NCBI GenBank assembly: GCA_043228905.1
Contig: JBHGNT010000022.1
Span: 3,348,001-3,412,000 of the forward strand
Direction of reading: 5' to 3'
Source: Azolla caroliniana
Lineage: Eukaryota; Plantae; Polypodiophyta
Length of the DNA: 64,000 nt
A program made the translations under genes and the position numbers. This document shows, one piece after another, positions 49,000-63,000 of this stretch (within the stretch, counting starts at the first letter, position 1; every line of letters starts with the position of its first letter). The notes beneath the pieces were generated by a model that was given only the letters and a program-made list of their open reading frames with translations, searched no databases and was not told the origin of the DNA.

Positions 49000-50281
49000 T
49001 GTTACTCCACGGATAATCCTCAATCCGATGGACAAACAGAACGAGTAAATCAAATGATTGAGGACATGCTTCGAGCATATGTTGGTGCAAAACCAACAAA
49101 ATGGGAACGTTATCTCCCAAATTTGGAGTTTGCTTATAATAGCTCCAAGCATACGTCGACAGGATATAGTCCTTTTATGTTGATGTATGGTTTTCAGCCA
49201 CGAGCCCCAATTGATGTTAATATACATCATGATGAGTTGCGAATTACGCAAAACTTTCTTCGGGATATGCAAGATATGTTGCATATTGCACGAGATAATA
49301 TAAAAACAACTCAAGATAGAGCACGTTTTTATGCTGATTATCATAGGCAACCTCGTGTATTCAACCATGCGCAGAAAGTATTTTTACGTGTACCTCACAA
49401 TTCTAAGACATTGTCTACGGGTAAGTGCGCTAAGTTAGCCCCACGGTTTTGTGGACCATTTACAGTCCTCAAACGCATTGGGTCATCAGCCTATCGTCTC
49501 GCTCTTCCCCATGGTGTTGGAATTCATCCAGTCTTTCATGTGAGTCGTCTAAAAGAACTTCTAGGTTTTGGCGACAATACAATTACAACTGAAACTCTGG
49601 TTACTTTTGAAGATTTATCTTCTAAACCACATGTACCAGAAAGAATTCTCGATGTTAAAACAAAAAAATTACGTACTAAAGAAATCCGAGAATTTAAAAT
49701 AAAATGGATGGATAAATCAATAAAAGATGCCACATGGGAATGCAAAAATACTCTCAGAACTAACTTCCCTAACTTTCCATTGCAAGAGTGCAATGTTTTC
49801 AAGAGGGGGAGTATGTTATGGGCATGACCATATAATATCTCGTGGTGAGAATTTCCCGAGAATTTACCGTAGTATTCTATACACGTGGATAAGTGTGAGG
49901 GTTAAACGAGAGTGTAAAGAAGGGGAGGATTACTTTTAATCCTCGGGATTGAGACAACCCATTAGGCCAAGTGTGAACTTGGCTGGGGGCCTTGGGTATC
50001 GCTATAAATAAGAGGCCTAGCTACCCTCATTTCATCACCTTGTTGACTACGTCGAGACTCTGTCTTGTGGTGGGTCAACTCTTGTAGCGAGCGCGCCAGC
50101 ACCAGGTACGACTCGACGCCACGACGGTGGTATGGGACACCGATCGAGGCTCGAGTCCTTCTCAATCCCTCCGCTCGGGGGTGGTCGGGTGGATCGACAC
50201 CCTTCTTTCTCTCTCTCCTTTTTATCTATTCATCTATATTCTATCCTTATCTAATGCTTACATTAGTCTATGTCTCTAATA
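49000..50281 (+). mobile_element. Gypsy J: collapsed element (5 bp of 5' LTR + integrase C-terminus/chromodomain-like region + PPT + 3' LTR 49814-50281) in Copia C gag
   Basis: Perfect TSD TATTC (48995-48999 / 50282-50286). Starts TGTTA, then reads STDNPQSDGQTER...FCGPF...PERILD...IKW. PPT AAGAGGGGGAG at 49801. Confidence 0.9.
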
Positions 50282-50896
50282 TATTCTCCCTTGTACAGAC
50301 CGTCATCCGGAATGCTCCGAACTTTGACGCAAGGCCCCCGAGACAGTCTTGCACCATCTCATCTTCCTCGATAGTCACGTTGATGGAGGTAAGTGAGTCG
50401 CATATCTCTTTGATCCGGGCCGTATAGTCGACCACCGACATGTCCTTCTGTCGGATATTGCTCAACTCCTGTCGGAGTTGCAGCTTCTGGGCCATGGTGC
50501 TTGCGGCGAAGACCTTCCTCAGGTTTCCCCAAGCTTCCTGTGGCATCTTGGTGTCCTAGATATGGATGAGCATGTGATCTTCGACACTAGATGCAAAACA
50601 GTACATAACTCTACTTGCCGCTTGTTCCCAAGTCGGGAAGTCCCTGTGTGCAGCATCGGGTGCCGTATCGTTAGCTCCATTGACATAACTCTAGTAACCC
50701 TACCCAAGCATGTACTAGTGCATCTTGTACCACCAAGATGCATAAATGGATCTATTGAGCTTCCCTGTTGGGAGTGAGCTAGCCATTCCTTTGTCCATTC
50801 TAACCTTTGTTTTCTGTTCTCTACCGGGTGTTAGGGTTTGTCTTCGGAAATTGCTCGTCAGCTGGAGAGGTTCTCAACTCCTGCGCTCTGATACCA

Positions 50897-51349
50897 TGTA
50901 AAAGTAAATATGCGGAAGCTAAGATAAAACCAGCTCAGTTGGATAGCAACAGAATACAAACACAAGTTTAATGGAAAGCTTACACACAAGAGAGAGACAC
51001 AGAGTTAGAGCATAACACAACTCAATTCAAAAAATAATAAGACTCTGTGTACATACAATGTCCTACATAACACTTTTTATACAAGTCCTTAAAAGGATTG
51101 ATAGAAGTATTGACAAGTACTTCAATGCTCATACAAGCGACTGACACTGACTCCAAGGAATTTGCCTATGTACTAGGCTAGATTCGTAGGCCTCTAACGG
51201 CCTACCGGTTACAGTCTGATCCGTCTCTCTGATCCGGCTCCTGGTTCCAGACACCAATTTGGATACCTATTCGGTTCTCCGTTTTGGACTCTGATTCGGC
51301 TCTGGCTTATTCAGCCGATCCGGATCCGGTTGAGCTTGTCCGCTCAACA
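50897..51349 (-). repeat. 5' LTR of Copia C (453 bp)
   Basis: Matches 18029-18455; adjacent to the PBS and the TSD. Confidence 0.95.
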
Positions 51350-52448
51350 ACATTGGCACTGGTGGCAAAGACTGAGTGTGAGGCCAAGAGAAGAGGAACA
51401 CGAGGGAGTTAGTTATAGAGCTTCAAGCCTAATGGACACTCCATGTTGAAGGGGACAATATTTTTAAGCCTAAATCACTTTTGTGCCTTTTTAATTATTC
51501 TTCTCGAACCTTGATTTTGGTTTTTCCTTTAACCTAACTAGAGCTCCCTCCTCCTCTTCCCCTTTCACACTAAGGAGGGGTCCAACTACTCAAAATGAGA
51601 CTTATACTCGGGCTACAATGAAGTCCAATTCTTCATAGATAGTTGCAACATTATTGCAATGTATTTTTTAATTGGGTTAGTGCGAATGCGTAGTCTAGCA
51701 CAAGGAGAAGAGATTTGGATTGCTTATACCATGAATGCAATGACCTAGCTACTTCGTGTTGAAAGTATGTTGTTCTTTGATGACATTCCCATGAAAAGTT
51801 GTGCTGAGTTGGATAAGGAAAAGACCGAAGATTGGAGTATGCATTGAATGTTCATATTGGATGACATATCCGATCATGTGAAAAGAGATGGGATAAACTC
51901 GAAGAAGCGCACCAAACTCAATAAGGTGAGGAGTCAAGCATTCTAGACAATCAAGGATCCTCGTTGTGAGGCACATTGTCATCCCATCTCGCTCGGTAGA
52001 AATGAGGTGAACACGCTGAAGCCCCTAAGGAAGGCATATCACGGTTCTGGAATAGCGATCGATATTACGATCGAACAAATGAACATGTTATAGGACATTC
52101 GATCGAGTGGCATCGTCAGGCACATATGTCTGGGGGCATTATGCTAGGATCAGAAGACATATCCCTCATGATAGATTGATATTGATGCGCCTAAGATCAA
52201 AGGAAGTCGAGGATCACGACTTTGGAATAACAATCGAAAATTACGGCCGAAGAACGAATGAACAAATCGATCGATCGATCACCAGGAATTACCCCCTTTT
52301 GGAAACATTTTTGGCCGATCGATCGATCGATCAATCGCCAAGACTTACCCTTTTTGGAAAAATAACCAAAAATGGCAGCATCCATAAATAAATAGAAAAA
52401 AAAACCCCCCAAAATTGAAAAAGAATTCGTTTGAACAGAACACACAGA

Positions 52449-52693
52449 AACAGAGAGAGAGAGACAGAGAGACAGAGACAGAGACAGAGACAGAGTGTGC
52501 GCGACATAGCGAAGGTTCACAGGATCACATCTCCATCTCCATCTCCATCTCCATCTCCGAGGATCTCCCCCTTATTTCCATCAAGTACTTATTCGAATTC
52601 GTTTCTTCTCTTCTATTCAGTTTTTCATTCCCTGCATCCATTCCTCTCTCTTGTGTGTGCTTTTTTCTTGGATCTTTTTTTTTTTTTTTTTTT
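52449..52693 (+). repeat. Microsatellites (GAGACA)n, (CTCCAT)n and poly-T in the likely promoter/5' UTR of the host gene
   Basis: Directly visible simple repeats at ~52449-52495, ~52528-52557 and ~52675-52693. The UTR role is inferred. Confidence 0.7.
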
Positions 52694-54072
52694 CCAACGT
52701 TGTTGGTGTTATCGTAACAGAAGACTCCTTCCTTGATAGATGAATATCGGCAAATCCTTTCGCCATTGAAAAAGAGGCATTCACTCAGTATCATGAAAAC
52801 TTTGCCTAATCTCAAGAAATTCAGTGGCCTTGGAAATGCTAATCTTTTGAGTCAGCAGTGGAAACGAAATGCCATTATTATGATTCGTTTTTTCCATTAT
52901 TATTAAGTTTTCTCTTTTGGGGTACTACACCGCAAAAAGGAGGAAGTTAGAGATGATGAAGCTAATATAGAATCTGTTTTGGGCCAGAGAAATGAAATGC
53001 ATAGAGGGAAAATTCAAAATGTAGAATTGAAGACAATCAATCTTTAGAATTCGTGTTCATTGGGAATGAATGAAGACATCGTTTCTCATTCCCCAACATC
53101 TATATTATAATAAAGACTAGGAGGATCATTGGGAATGAATGAAGACATTGCTTTTTGATTGTTTAGGTTTATAGAAATACAAAAAGTTATATACAAAATT
53201 ATGTGGTTAACACCTTTATATATATTATTTATCCCCAATTCTCATGTCTTATATATAGAAATTATACGGTATTCATAACATGCCAAAAAATGTGATTTTT
53301 GATCCAAGTTGTGAAAGTACACATTAATACATCACATATACAGGAGACTGAACTTGATTCAATTATCGTCACATATACATGGACTGTCAGGAGAATTGAA
53401 TATAGTCTAACCAACATTTTTCATTCCTTTCACTCTAAAGGTGAGGTTTCTATCATCACAAGCATTGTCCTTACATCTAATGCCCATTCATAGCAACTTG
53501 TCAGCAAGGCTGCCAATTCATTTACTATGAAGATAAGCACTAATATATTTCTCCTGATCAATGTTCTACTCCAGTGCGTGCTCAAATTTGTTTCTTCCTC
53601 CATTCTTGATTTAATCTATGCTGGATTAAGACAACCAGCATCTTCATTTTTCATGGATGACACACAATACATATTATGTCACAGAACCCTTTCAAGCATA
53701 GCGATGTCATCATCCACTTGAAACATTTCTTTCACTGAATTGTGATGAGAATCTTCCCTAAAAATCTTGATTAGAAAGGTCATGTGCCATATGTGGATAC
53801 CACTTGAAGCTACGTGCAATAAACCTGGCATGGATATCCAATCTTGTGTGAGACTTTGTCAGTGAAATTGTTGAGATTTTGATACACCTACGTTTTATAT
53901 TTTGACATACTGTATTTTGAGGGCAATCAGTTGATGTGTAGAATTATGATCACTTTGGCAACTCTGAGGATTAAAACTAAGTCTGAAATTATTAACTTGG
54001 CAAAATGGTGCCGTGGCGCATAAATGCAGATATACTCTTCTGCCACCATGGAAATTTTGCAAAATTGAAAAG

Positions 54073-57000
54073 ATGGGCATTTCGACTCCTCGCCGTCATT
54101 CAACAAGTGTTGCTGAACATATGAAAAAATCTCTCTCTCTCAAACGAGTTAGCATAAAGGATAACTTTCCCACACCAAGGACCTTTGAGCGTGCTCGTGA
54201 AAGAAGAACCATTCAGAAGGAAAATCTTGCAAATGTGAGGATGAAAAGGAAAAAGCAGCGATACCTTTGTATGTTAATTTACCAGTATAATGTTAGTTCT
54301 CATCTATTGTCCTGTGGCTTGCAGTTGTTTTCTGAGTTGAAGATTGCCCCTGGTACATTTTCTGTGCAACCTACCAAGTCGGAACAAAAAGAATGGAAGG
54401 TTCGTGCTACTGCTCTACAAAGTCCCCAGGTTAAAAGGCTATGCAGAAACTTACAGAAGAGAAAACAACTTCTTAGAAACTTCAGTCAAAATGCAGGATA
54501 TAGTGCTATTTTCAAGGTATGTCTTATTGCCATTGCATTTCCAACTTTCTGTATGTCTAGAGTGATACATGAGTACAACAAGCATATTTGGCACTTCTGA
54601 GAAGATGGGATAGATCCTGAATAGTGTTATTCCTACATCTTGGACTATAATATGACACCCAGGTCACGTTTACTGACTATAAGAGTGCATTGGGAATTGT
54701 GAGAAAGTTTGTAATCATTCTCACATAAAACACATTGAAGTTTGCTATCTTCTTGTCCAGAAGTTGATTTTGTCCATACATCCATATGCCCATCACACAC
54801 AACATAGCAGAAAGGCCTTGAGCAGGGTGTTTAGAGATGATCTCCATTCAGTCTACAGACATGGAGAATGGAATCTGTCAGTGGTGCAAATGAATTGCAA
54901 CAAAGTCCATGGCATTCTTGTTGATAGAGACATTATTTCTATTGTGAATATAGGTAGTTGAATTGTGATCAATCTTATTCAACCCAACCATAGATGATCA
55001 ACTTTCTACCCGCACTAGACGTTCAAGTTTGCACTCAAGCAAGGTTTACATACTTGCTATATCTCAAAAGATGTCGAGGACCATATATATTCCCTTTTAT
55101 TTTAATCTTTATAGACAAATATGGCATCCTCCTAGTCACATGATAGTCACAAAAAAGCATGGTTGCAGCATTCCTTCTTGTTTTCCTACGTTGGTGAATG
55201 GAAACGTATGATTTCACTGATGGCAGGCAAGAAAGTTAGCTGGTATATCAATTGAAAAGGAAAGGTTGAAGCGAAATTGTTTTGGTTTTTTGCGATGCCT
55301 TGTTATTTTAGCTTGTCTATTGTATATCTAATGAATTCAGAAAGAGATGGAGCAGAGAAATAATTGTGGTATTGTAATTGAAGAGAGCTGAGAGATCCAA
55401 AGAAGATGAAGAGCACCTATTCATGTTGGAGACTACAATGGCATACAGTCCAGTTGAGCTGGTTGCTCGAAACCTCATCGACAAGGTGGCAAATAGTTAT
55501 CAAAGGTAAGTTGAGAGGTGATCAAGCGTGCATGCTTTGATTCCATAGAAACATTGTAATGTTTTGATTATTGATTTCAGAGAGAGAACTGGTGTTTGGT
55601 CACAACTTGGAAGACCTTACTCATGCCTTGGCACACCAGCAGCTTCAATCCCAAAAGATAATCCCAACCCAAAAGAAATAGGGAATGTTGATGTTGAAGG
55701 ACCCTCCCCCTTTTTCCATGCAACTCATAAACCTACTACTGCTTCTAAGCTCTCTATCGTGAAAACGATGCCAGTTATGACACGAAAGTCAACACTGTTT
55801 CAGAAGGGTTCACCGTCACATCTGAACTTGCAGTGCCTGCTCCTCAAAATGGGACTTTCTCATTTGCATGGTATATTTCTACAAAGTGGAAATTCATTTT
55901 TTGAGAAATTAATGGACTACCTTAAAAGTAGCGTGTCTTAAATATGTAGCGGTTGGCACAAGCTGAAAGATGTAATGATCTTTGGCCTCTTCAGGATGTG
56001 CATTCAATAATAAGATCATAGCATACGTTAACTCTTGAACAAGATTCCTTCGCAGATTGACCAGGGAAAAAGATCTTTTTATTGTGGTGTATTAGAATGA
56101 CATGCCCACACAATATATATGAAATTCCTATGGGCAGACTGCAGTGCTATGTTTTCTATTATGATGGGTGATTTCTATAGTATGATAACAATTGTAAGAC
56201 ATAATGAAATATTCCCTGTAGGTTTAATACCGTCTATGATTCTCGGGGTTTTAGTCTGTTCTCATTTGACTGAATCAGATTTATGTATGCAGATGTAAAA
56301 TATACAAAGTTTCCCAAGAAGCCACTTGAAGCAGCTGAGCATCTACGCAAGGCAGTGAGGGTAAGTCTCACTAGTGTTTCATGGATTTTCTGTCATAGAA
56401 TGCTTTTTTGTATGTATGTTTGAATTTTGTGAAATGGAATTTCTTAAGTATTTTGATGAACTTCAAACAACAAATGTAAACTCAGATTAGATTTATTGTT
56501 CTTTGAAACACAACACTTTAAATGATGTCCAGGAAGACAAAATGAGGATTTAGCTGGTTTATTTGTTTGCTTCCAGGTGAAAACACCCTTCTCACAGATT
56601 ACAAAGGACACAAACCTATCTTTCCAATCCTCAGGTGCATAAATTACATTCATATTATTTGAAAATTCAAGTGTATAGGAATACCTTACTCAAAAACTAT
56701 GCTTGCCTTACTTGAACCTTGTATTAACATATGTGCACATGCCTTCTCAAATAACTTGCAGATGGGGATGCTGCTTTTTCTATGTTATTCCTTTCTTTCT
56801 CAAAAAACTATTGTTCTGTTTGTTATATAAACCTTCAAGTGAATTGTAAGATACACGTCCTGTTATATGTATATGTTAGGTAATTGAGCACAAAACGTGC
56901 TTCTGTCTCTGCCATAGTTATATTCAACAGAATATATTATCTTTTCTTTGCATCTGAACCTGTTGATCTGTATGTGAAAGTATAGTCTGTGTGACATTGT

Positions 57001-60000
57001 CGAAATAGGAACCCTGGACCTTCTAGCTCGCTTAATGTAGGTGCGTCGACAAATGGCTGTATTTCAGCAGACATCCATGTACCAAAGCATCCTGGATTTA
57101 AGCATGTACAATTGTACTGATTTGACCCAACTTGACACTAGCAGCTTACTTCTAATATTTTATCCTGTCTTAGATCTAGCTTGGTATGGCTTGAATATAA
57201 CAAATTGTTTGTTAACATTTTTATGTCTTAGCTTATACTTTCCAGCAACGTACAGATATCGTGGTGTGTATAATTGTTTAAGAATTTCTAATTTGTGGTC
57301 CCTGTTGATTCAAGGTGTTGCCCCACATTTATTCTATCAATTATTTTATGGCATGTCTATACCAAGTTTAAGACTATGCACAAGATCAATGTTTCACTAG
57401 GCTGTGTTGTTTTGACCATAAGCTTTAGTTTTTGCTACATTGGCCGAGACTGACTGTGCAAAATATTTATAGCATCTAAATTCAGTACAGGAAAAACTAC
57501 GTCATCTACATATATTAATGCTAATAAAAAGGCCTCTGTAGCTGGACTGTGTGAACTCTCATGTAGAGCTTCAAGGATAATGCATATGGAATGTAATAAA
57601 AATGAAAATGAAAATGAAAGAAAATGGTATGCTGTATTGACATCTTGAAAGGGATAAAGTGACATGTGAACCAAAAGCTAGTCCGCATGAATAATATACA
57701 ATATCTAGTCCGTATGAGATTGTGTTCCATGGGGCAGGGCCAAAGTGACATGTGGACTAAAAGCTAGTCCGCATGAATAATATACAATATCTAGTAAAAT
57801 ATAACAATATCTATTCCATATGAGATTGTGTTCCATGGGGCAGGGCCAATGTGCATGACAATTGCTATTGTCTGATCTATTGTCTTTGTTATGTCTTGGT
57901 CGAGAGCCCATTGTGTAGCCCTTAATTGACTTGTATCATGAGTAGGAGTGATGGGGCTAAAGAAAGTTGTGATTGTTCTTTGTTGATGAGTTTGTGTGTC
58001 TGTATTGTTGTCCTTCAACAACTTTTCCCTGTGTCTCTTGAATTCTATGAAGAGATTCCCCAAGCACCGTTGGTCCTCATATTCCATTACCTGCATATTT
58101 GGGCCAAATCCTTGCTTAAAGAAGTAATGGTATCGCCCTCTTATTTCATAAAAAATACTATCAATGTATAGTGTTCTTCAGATTCCACTCCTCGATGACA
58201 CAATTGGCAAATTCTTTCTTCTAGAGGCATTCATACATATTTGCTTATCTCAATCTCTAATTGATGTGTTGAAGTTTGCAGCTGCCCTAGCACACTGCAC
58301 AGTGCATAGGATAGATGTATGTCCATAGAGAAGAAAAAAAGATTTATTAAAGTCTTTTGAGAGAAAGAAGAAAGAAAGAAAGATATATTAATGTCTTTTA
58401 AGAGGCGAAAATGGCCTATAATACCGAACAAAAGATTACATCTTAAGTGTTGTCTCATCTTTGAGAACAACAAATCAAAAAAATAAGTAAATAATACTCC
58501 GTAAATAAGATAAAAAGAGACGAGGGAATCTGGTTTTCGGCACATGCGAGAGAAAGAAAGATATAATAACATCTTTTAAGAGGCCAAAATGACCTATAAG
58601 ACCAAACGAGAGATTACATCTTAAGTGTTGTCTTGTCTTTGAGAACAACAAATCAATAAATCAAAATAAAATAAATATTACCCCGTAAATATAAAAGTAA
58701 ATAAGATAAAAAGAGACGAGGGAAACTGGTTTTTGGCACATGTGATATTCTCAAGTTAGATGTATTGTAACTTTTGTCTTCGAAAGATCTCTAGCATAGG
58801 TCAATCCAGAATGGAAAGGTGTCCGAAGCGAGGGAAGCACCTGCAATGGCAGGAGATAATGGCATTTATCTGATGATGACAAGGGTGTTGAGATCGTGGT
58901 CCATGGGGCTGGGGCCTACATGCACGACAAATTGCTATTGCCTGATCAATTGTAACCCCTTTGTTATGTCCTTGTTGGGAGCCCATTTGTGTATCCCTTG
59001 ATTGACTTGTAGCATTAATAGAAGTGATAGGGCTAAAGAAAGTTGTGATTGTTCTTTGTGGATGAGCTTGTGTGGCTGTATTCTTCAACAAATTTTCCCG
59101 ATGTCTCTTCAGCTCTAGCAAGAAAAGTCCTAGGCACCGGTGGTCCTCATATTCCATTACCTTGCGGGCCAAAGCCTTGTTTAAAGAGGCAATGGTATCT
59201 CCCTCTGATTTCATAAAAGACACTACAGTGACAAACATAGTGTTCTTCGGATTCCACTCCTTGATGACACATTTGGCAAATTCTTTCTTCTAGAGTTATT
59301 CGTGTATATCTGCCTACCTCGATTTGTAACTGATGTGATGAAGTTCGCAGCTGCCCTATCGCACTGCGCAGCGCACAGGATAGATGTATGTCCATATAAG
59401 GTGGCCTGATGATGAATCCATCCTCCAATGTGTGGAAGAATGGCCTATATTAACGTCTTTTAAGAGGCCAAAATGGCCTATAAGACTAAACAAGAGATTA
59501 CATCTTAAGTGTTGTCTTGTCTTTGAGAACAACAAATCAAAATAGAATAAGTAGTACTCACTAGATATAAAAGTAAATAAGATAAAAACAGACGAGGGAA
59601 TCTGGTTTTCGGCACATGTGAGATTCTCAAGTTAGACATACTGCAGAGAAAGAAAGAAAGAAAGATATATTAACATCTTTTAAGAGAGAGAGATTTCATA
59701 TAATGCAGGTGTTTGTAGCCAACAGTCCATTCAACTTCCAAGTTTTAGGTAAGATATAATGCAGGTGTTTGTATCATAGGTTTTGCATAGGGATCTGTAC
59801 ATGATGTTATCTCATCATTCTTTAGATTTATTAAATTAGATTTAGCACTTAACAATTAAAAGCAATTATTCTAAACTTGACATGTTTTTTATTGCTTAAG
59901 CAGTGCAATATCAGCTCAGAAGTTAGTGTCCTCGAATGCTCAGGTAGTTATTTATTTTCATTAGTTGGCTGTGCTAAACTCACATATTCTTTGTGCATGA

Positions 60001-63000
60001 TGTTTTCCTCAAAATAAGCAATCGTTAAATATGTAATAATCTTGGTAATGTAAGTATTGAAGCACCTATATAAAACATTTGGATACTAATACATCTTGAT
60101 GTAACTTTATGTAAAGCATGTGCATACACTCTTGTTCTCATAGTTCATAAAGAGGAAATCCAAGTCTTTATGTTGATATCATAAAATAAACATTTTAAAA
60201 TGTCCAAAACTTTTTATTCTCTTTTTCTGTAGGTTGATAATAACAGTGGAGGTGCTACAGTAGAAAGTACTGTATCCACTAAGGATGATTCATTTAATGG
60301 CTTGCAGCTTCCACATCTCGGAGGAGAGGTAATATGTGATATAAATTGTTTGTCATTTATTATGGATCGAAGTAATGATGAGCAAAATAATAAGAGATGA
60401 AGAAAAATAATTGATTAGTATGCATAACCACACTGATCACCCCTGAGTCAAGGACATGAGACAAACATAAAATACCATCGGTGTCCCATACCACCGAATA
60501 TTACCATAGTTTATACCTTGGCAATTGACTAATGGATTCAAAGAAGAGAGTGTAGCCTCATCAATAGAGTTTCGATGACGTCTCAAGATATGCCATAATG
60601 AAGGTTGTAACTAGTCCCCTTTATATAGTCCAACATCTAAGACTACCAGATCACCATATGTCTGCATGTGTCATAGGTCATTATGGGTTTGTCCCAGTTC
60701 CCAGGATAACTGGTTTCCCAACTATTCTAGCCTTAACCCATTATAATTAGTCAAGAAGTGGTTTATTAGGTTGCACGTATAACATCATTCCTATGTTTTC
60801 TCAAAAGAATTACACGAAATGGGTAAAGAGCAATTAAGGCCATCATACAAAATGGATAAAGAACTATGAATTGGGTTTCAAGCAAACTTAAATGTTTTTT
60901 ACTTTATTTAGGACCCCTATGAGTGAAAATAATGACTCAATTAATTTATTTGTTTTCAGTACATGCGCAAAACATTACTATGTCTGACAGGTGGGGATAA
61001 AAAAATGATGTTCATTGTCTTATATTGATTGGACAGAAACATATCACTTAAATAGTAACCGGAAAGAATGGGATAACGAGAAAATTGAATGCTAACAAAT
61101 GTAATGCAATCAAGTGAAACTAATTGATGGATGACCCCATTTATTAGGTACACTATTTCCAATGGGAGAGGAGAAACCCAACAATTTTGTTTACTTGTAC
61201 TAAGTAAATGTCCATCGAGAAATCATAAATGATACCACTTAGTAGGAAAAAAACCTTATGAATGGAAAATATTGGAAAATATTACTATGCATAAAAAATC
61301 AAAATATATTTGCAAACAGGTCTCTGAATGGATGAGGCAGTTTCTTGTTTTGAAAAAAAGTCTTCAAGACAATCTAAATGACAAGCTGATGGCAAGATCT
61401 ATTCGTCGAGAGCAATGTCGTTCATGTCCACCATTCAGTGCAGAGGTATGAAAGTTTTAGTACTTGTGTTTTTACATTTACTGTGTAATGTGTTCATTCT
61501 TCTGGAGTTGACGGTGTTTACTCCAGTTATCTATCCTAGCTCATAATATATTGTGATACAATTGTCAATGGGCTAAAAACTCTGTTTTATGAGATTCTAT
61601 GTTTAAAGGACAAATTCTGTTCTTATATCTAAGCATTAAATTGCTCTATAAACGCTACAAGCTAGGATACATATGGAGAATATCAATCGATTGAAACTCA
61701 ATCAAAAAGTGAACAGAAAATAGAGTTTCATGAAACACAAGGACTCTGATGTTTGTTTCCTATTATTGCGAATCCCTATATGCTCAAATATATTCGAAAT
61801 GTCTAGTTGAAAACATAGCTAATTTTCTTGTTCAATGTAGATGTCTTCAAGGCTGCTTTTGCATTTTGAAAGTTGTGGCCGACAAACTCCCATTATAACG
61901 GAACATTTATGGTAAGCATGTTTCGTAGGTTTTGATTGCATTTTTGTGTTATCGACCCATCTTATCACAATATTCATGTTTTTAACCAGGGAGCTAGCTG
62001 AAGAAAGCCAGATCAAATCCAGGCCAACATCAGCCCCACTTCTTCCAGAACTCGAGTCCATCAGTATTTTCTATGAGAAAGTGTGTTTATTTGTCAACAA
62101 TCAGAGGGATGATGATCCACTGATGGAAGTTCTTGTCCATCACATAAAAGAGTATATTCTTTGACATATCGAGAAAGTCTATATACATGATTATTTCATG
62201 CCACCCATCTATGCGTCTCATCATGCACAGCATTATATACATTGTGTGAGATTACTGTCTAAATTAGAAAGTGTTTGATGTGCAGGCTTCTGGAGAGTGG
62301 CTTGAAATTGCAAAAGGAGCTACTCGCTCGCTTGTGTAACTATATGGGTCACTTACCTGGTAAGTTGTGAGGGTTTGTTGATTGTGTGATCTCAGGGGAT
62401 GTGTTGAACTGACACAAGAGTTGCATTTGGCTACATCTCATGCTAATTGTTAATACTACCTTTTCCACATTGTTGCCTAAATATCCATTTCATCCTGATC
62501 TCTCATACTGTAGTTTTGTGTTGCTGTTGCAACATATTACTCATTATAAGATGAAATATATCTCATCTTATTTTTATTTAAATTCATAATTGCTACCTTT
62601 AATCTCCTCATAGTGTTGTTCCTAATATTCGATTCTCCATGACTATGCAAATGTCAAACTATAAAATTGAGGTCTCGGGGTCCTATTTACAGGATATGGC
62701 TCTAACTAAGGGTGCATTCACATGTTCAAGTTCAAATCCTTTTTTAAGGGCCTTGGTCATAGGCCCCAAACTCTGCAGGCCGCCCCCACCAGGAAGTATA
62801 CCAACATAATGCTGAATGCTGATGAGGGAGGGTTACTTCCCTCAGGGCCTCAGGCATTAGCTGTGATAATAGTCTGGTCAGCTTTGTGTGTGAGTTTGTG
62901 CAAACACACAAATAGCAATCCACCAGTCTGTGATTAAGTTTCTGAAAACACCACCGAGTTCGAACCAACAACCTGTGAGTTTTCAAGTCAAAAGGTTTTC

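Larger units (their letters stand above)
18029..51349 (-). mobile_element. Copia C: outermost element of the large nest
   Basis: 5' LTR 50897-51349, PBS TGGTATCAGAGC (50885-50896 minus), gag ATG 50798, coding pieces 50798-50287, 48994-48769 and 22591-18456, PPT next to 18456, 3' LTR 18029-18455. Perfect TSD ACATT (18024-18028 / 51350-51354). Confidence 0.95.

Noticed and set aside
48829-49827. 332-aa ORF as a genuine gene
   Set aside because: It is a chance fusion of antisense Copia C gag sequence with the Gypsy J integrase tail across the insertion junction.
52415-52815. ORFs with ETET/SISI/EMEM repeats
   Set aside because: These are translations of microsatellites.
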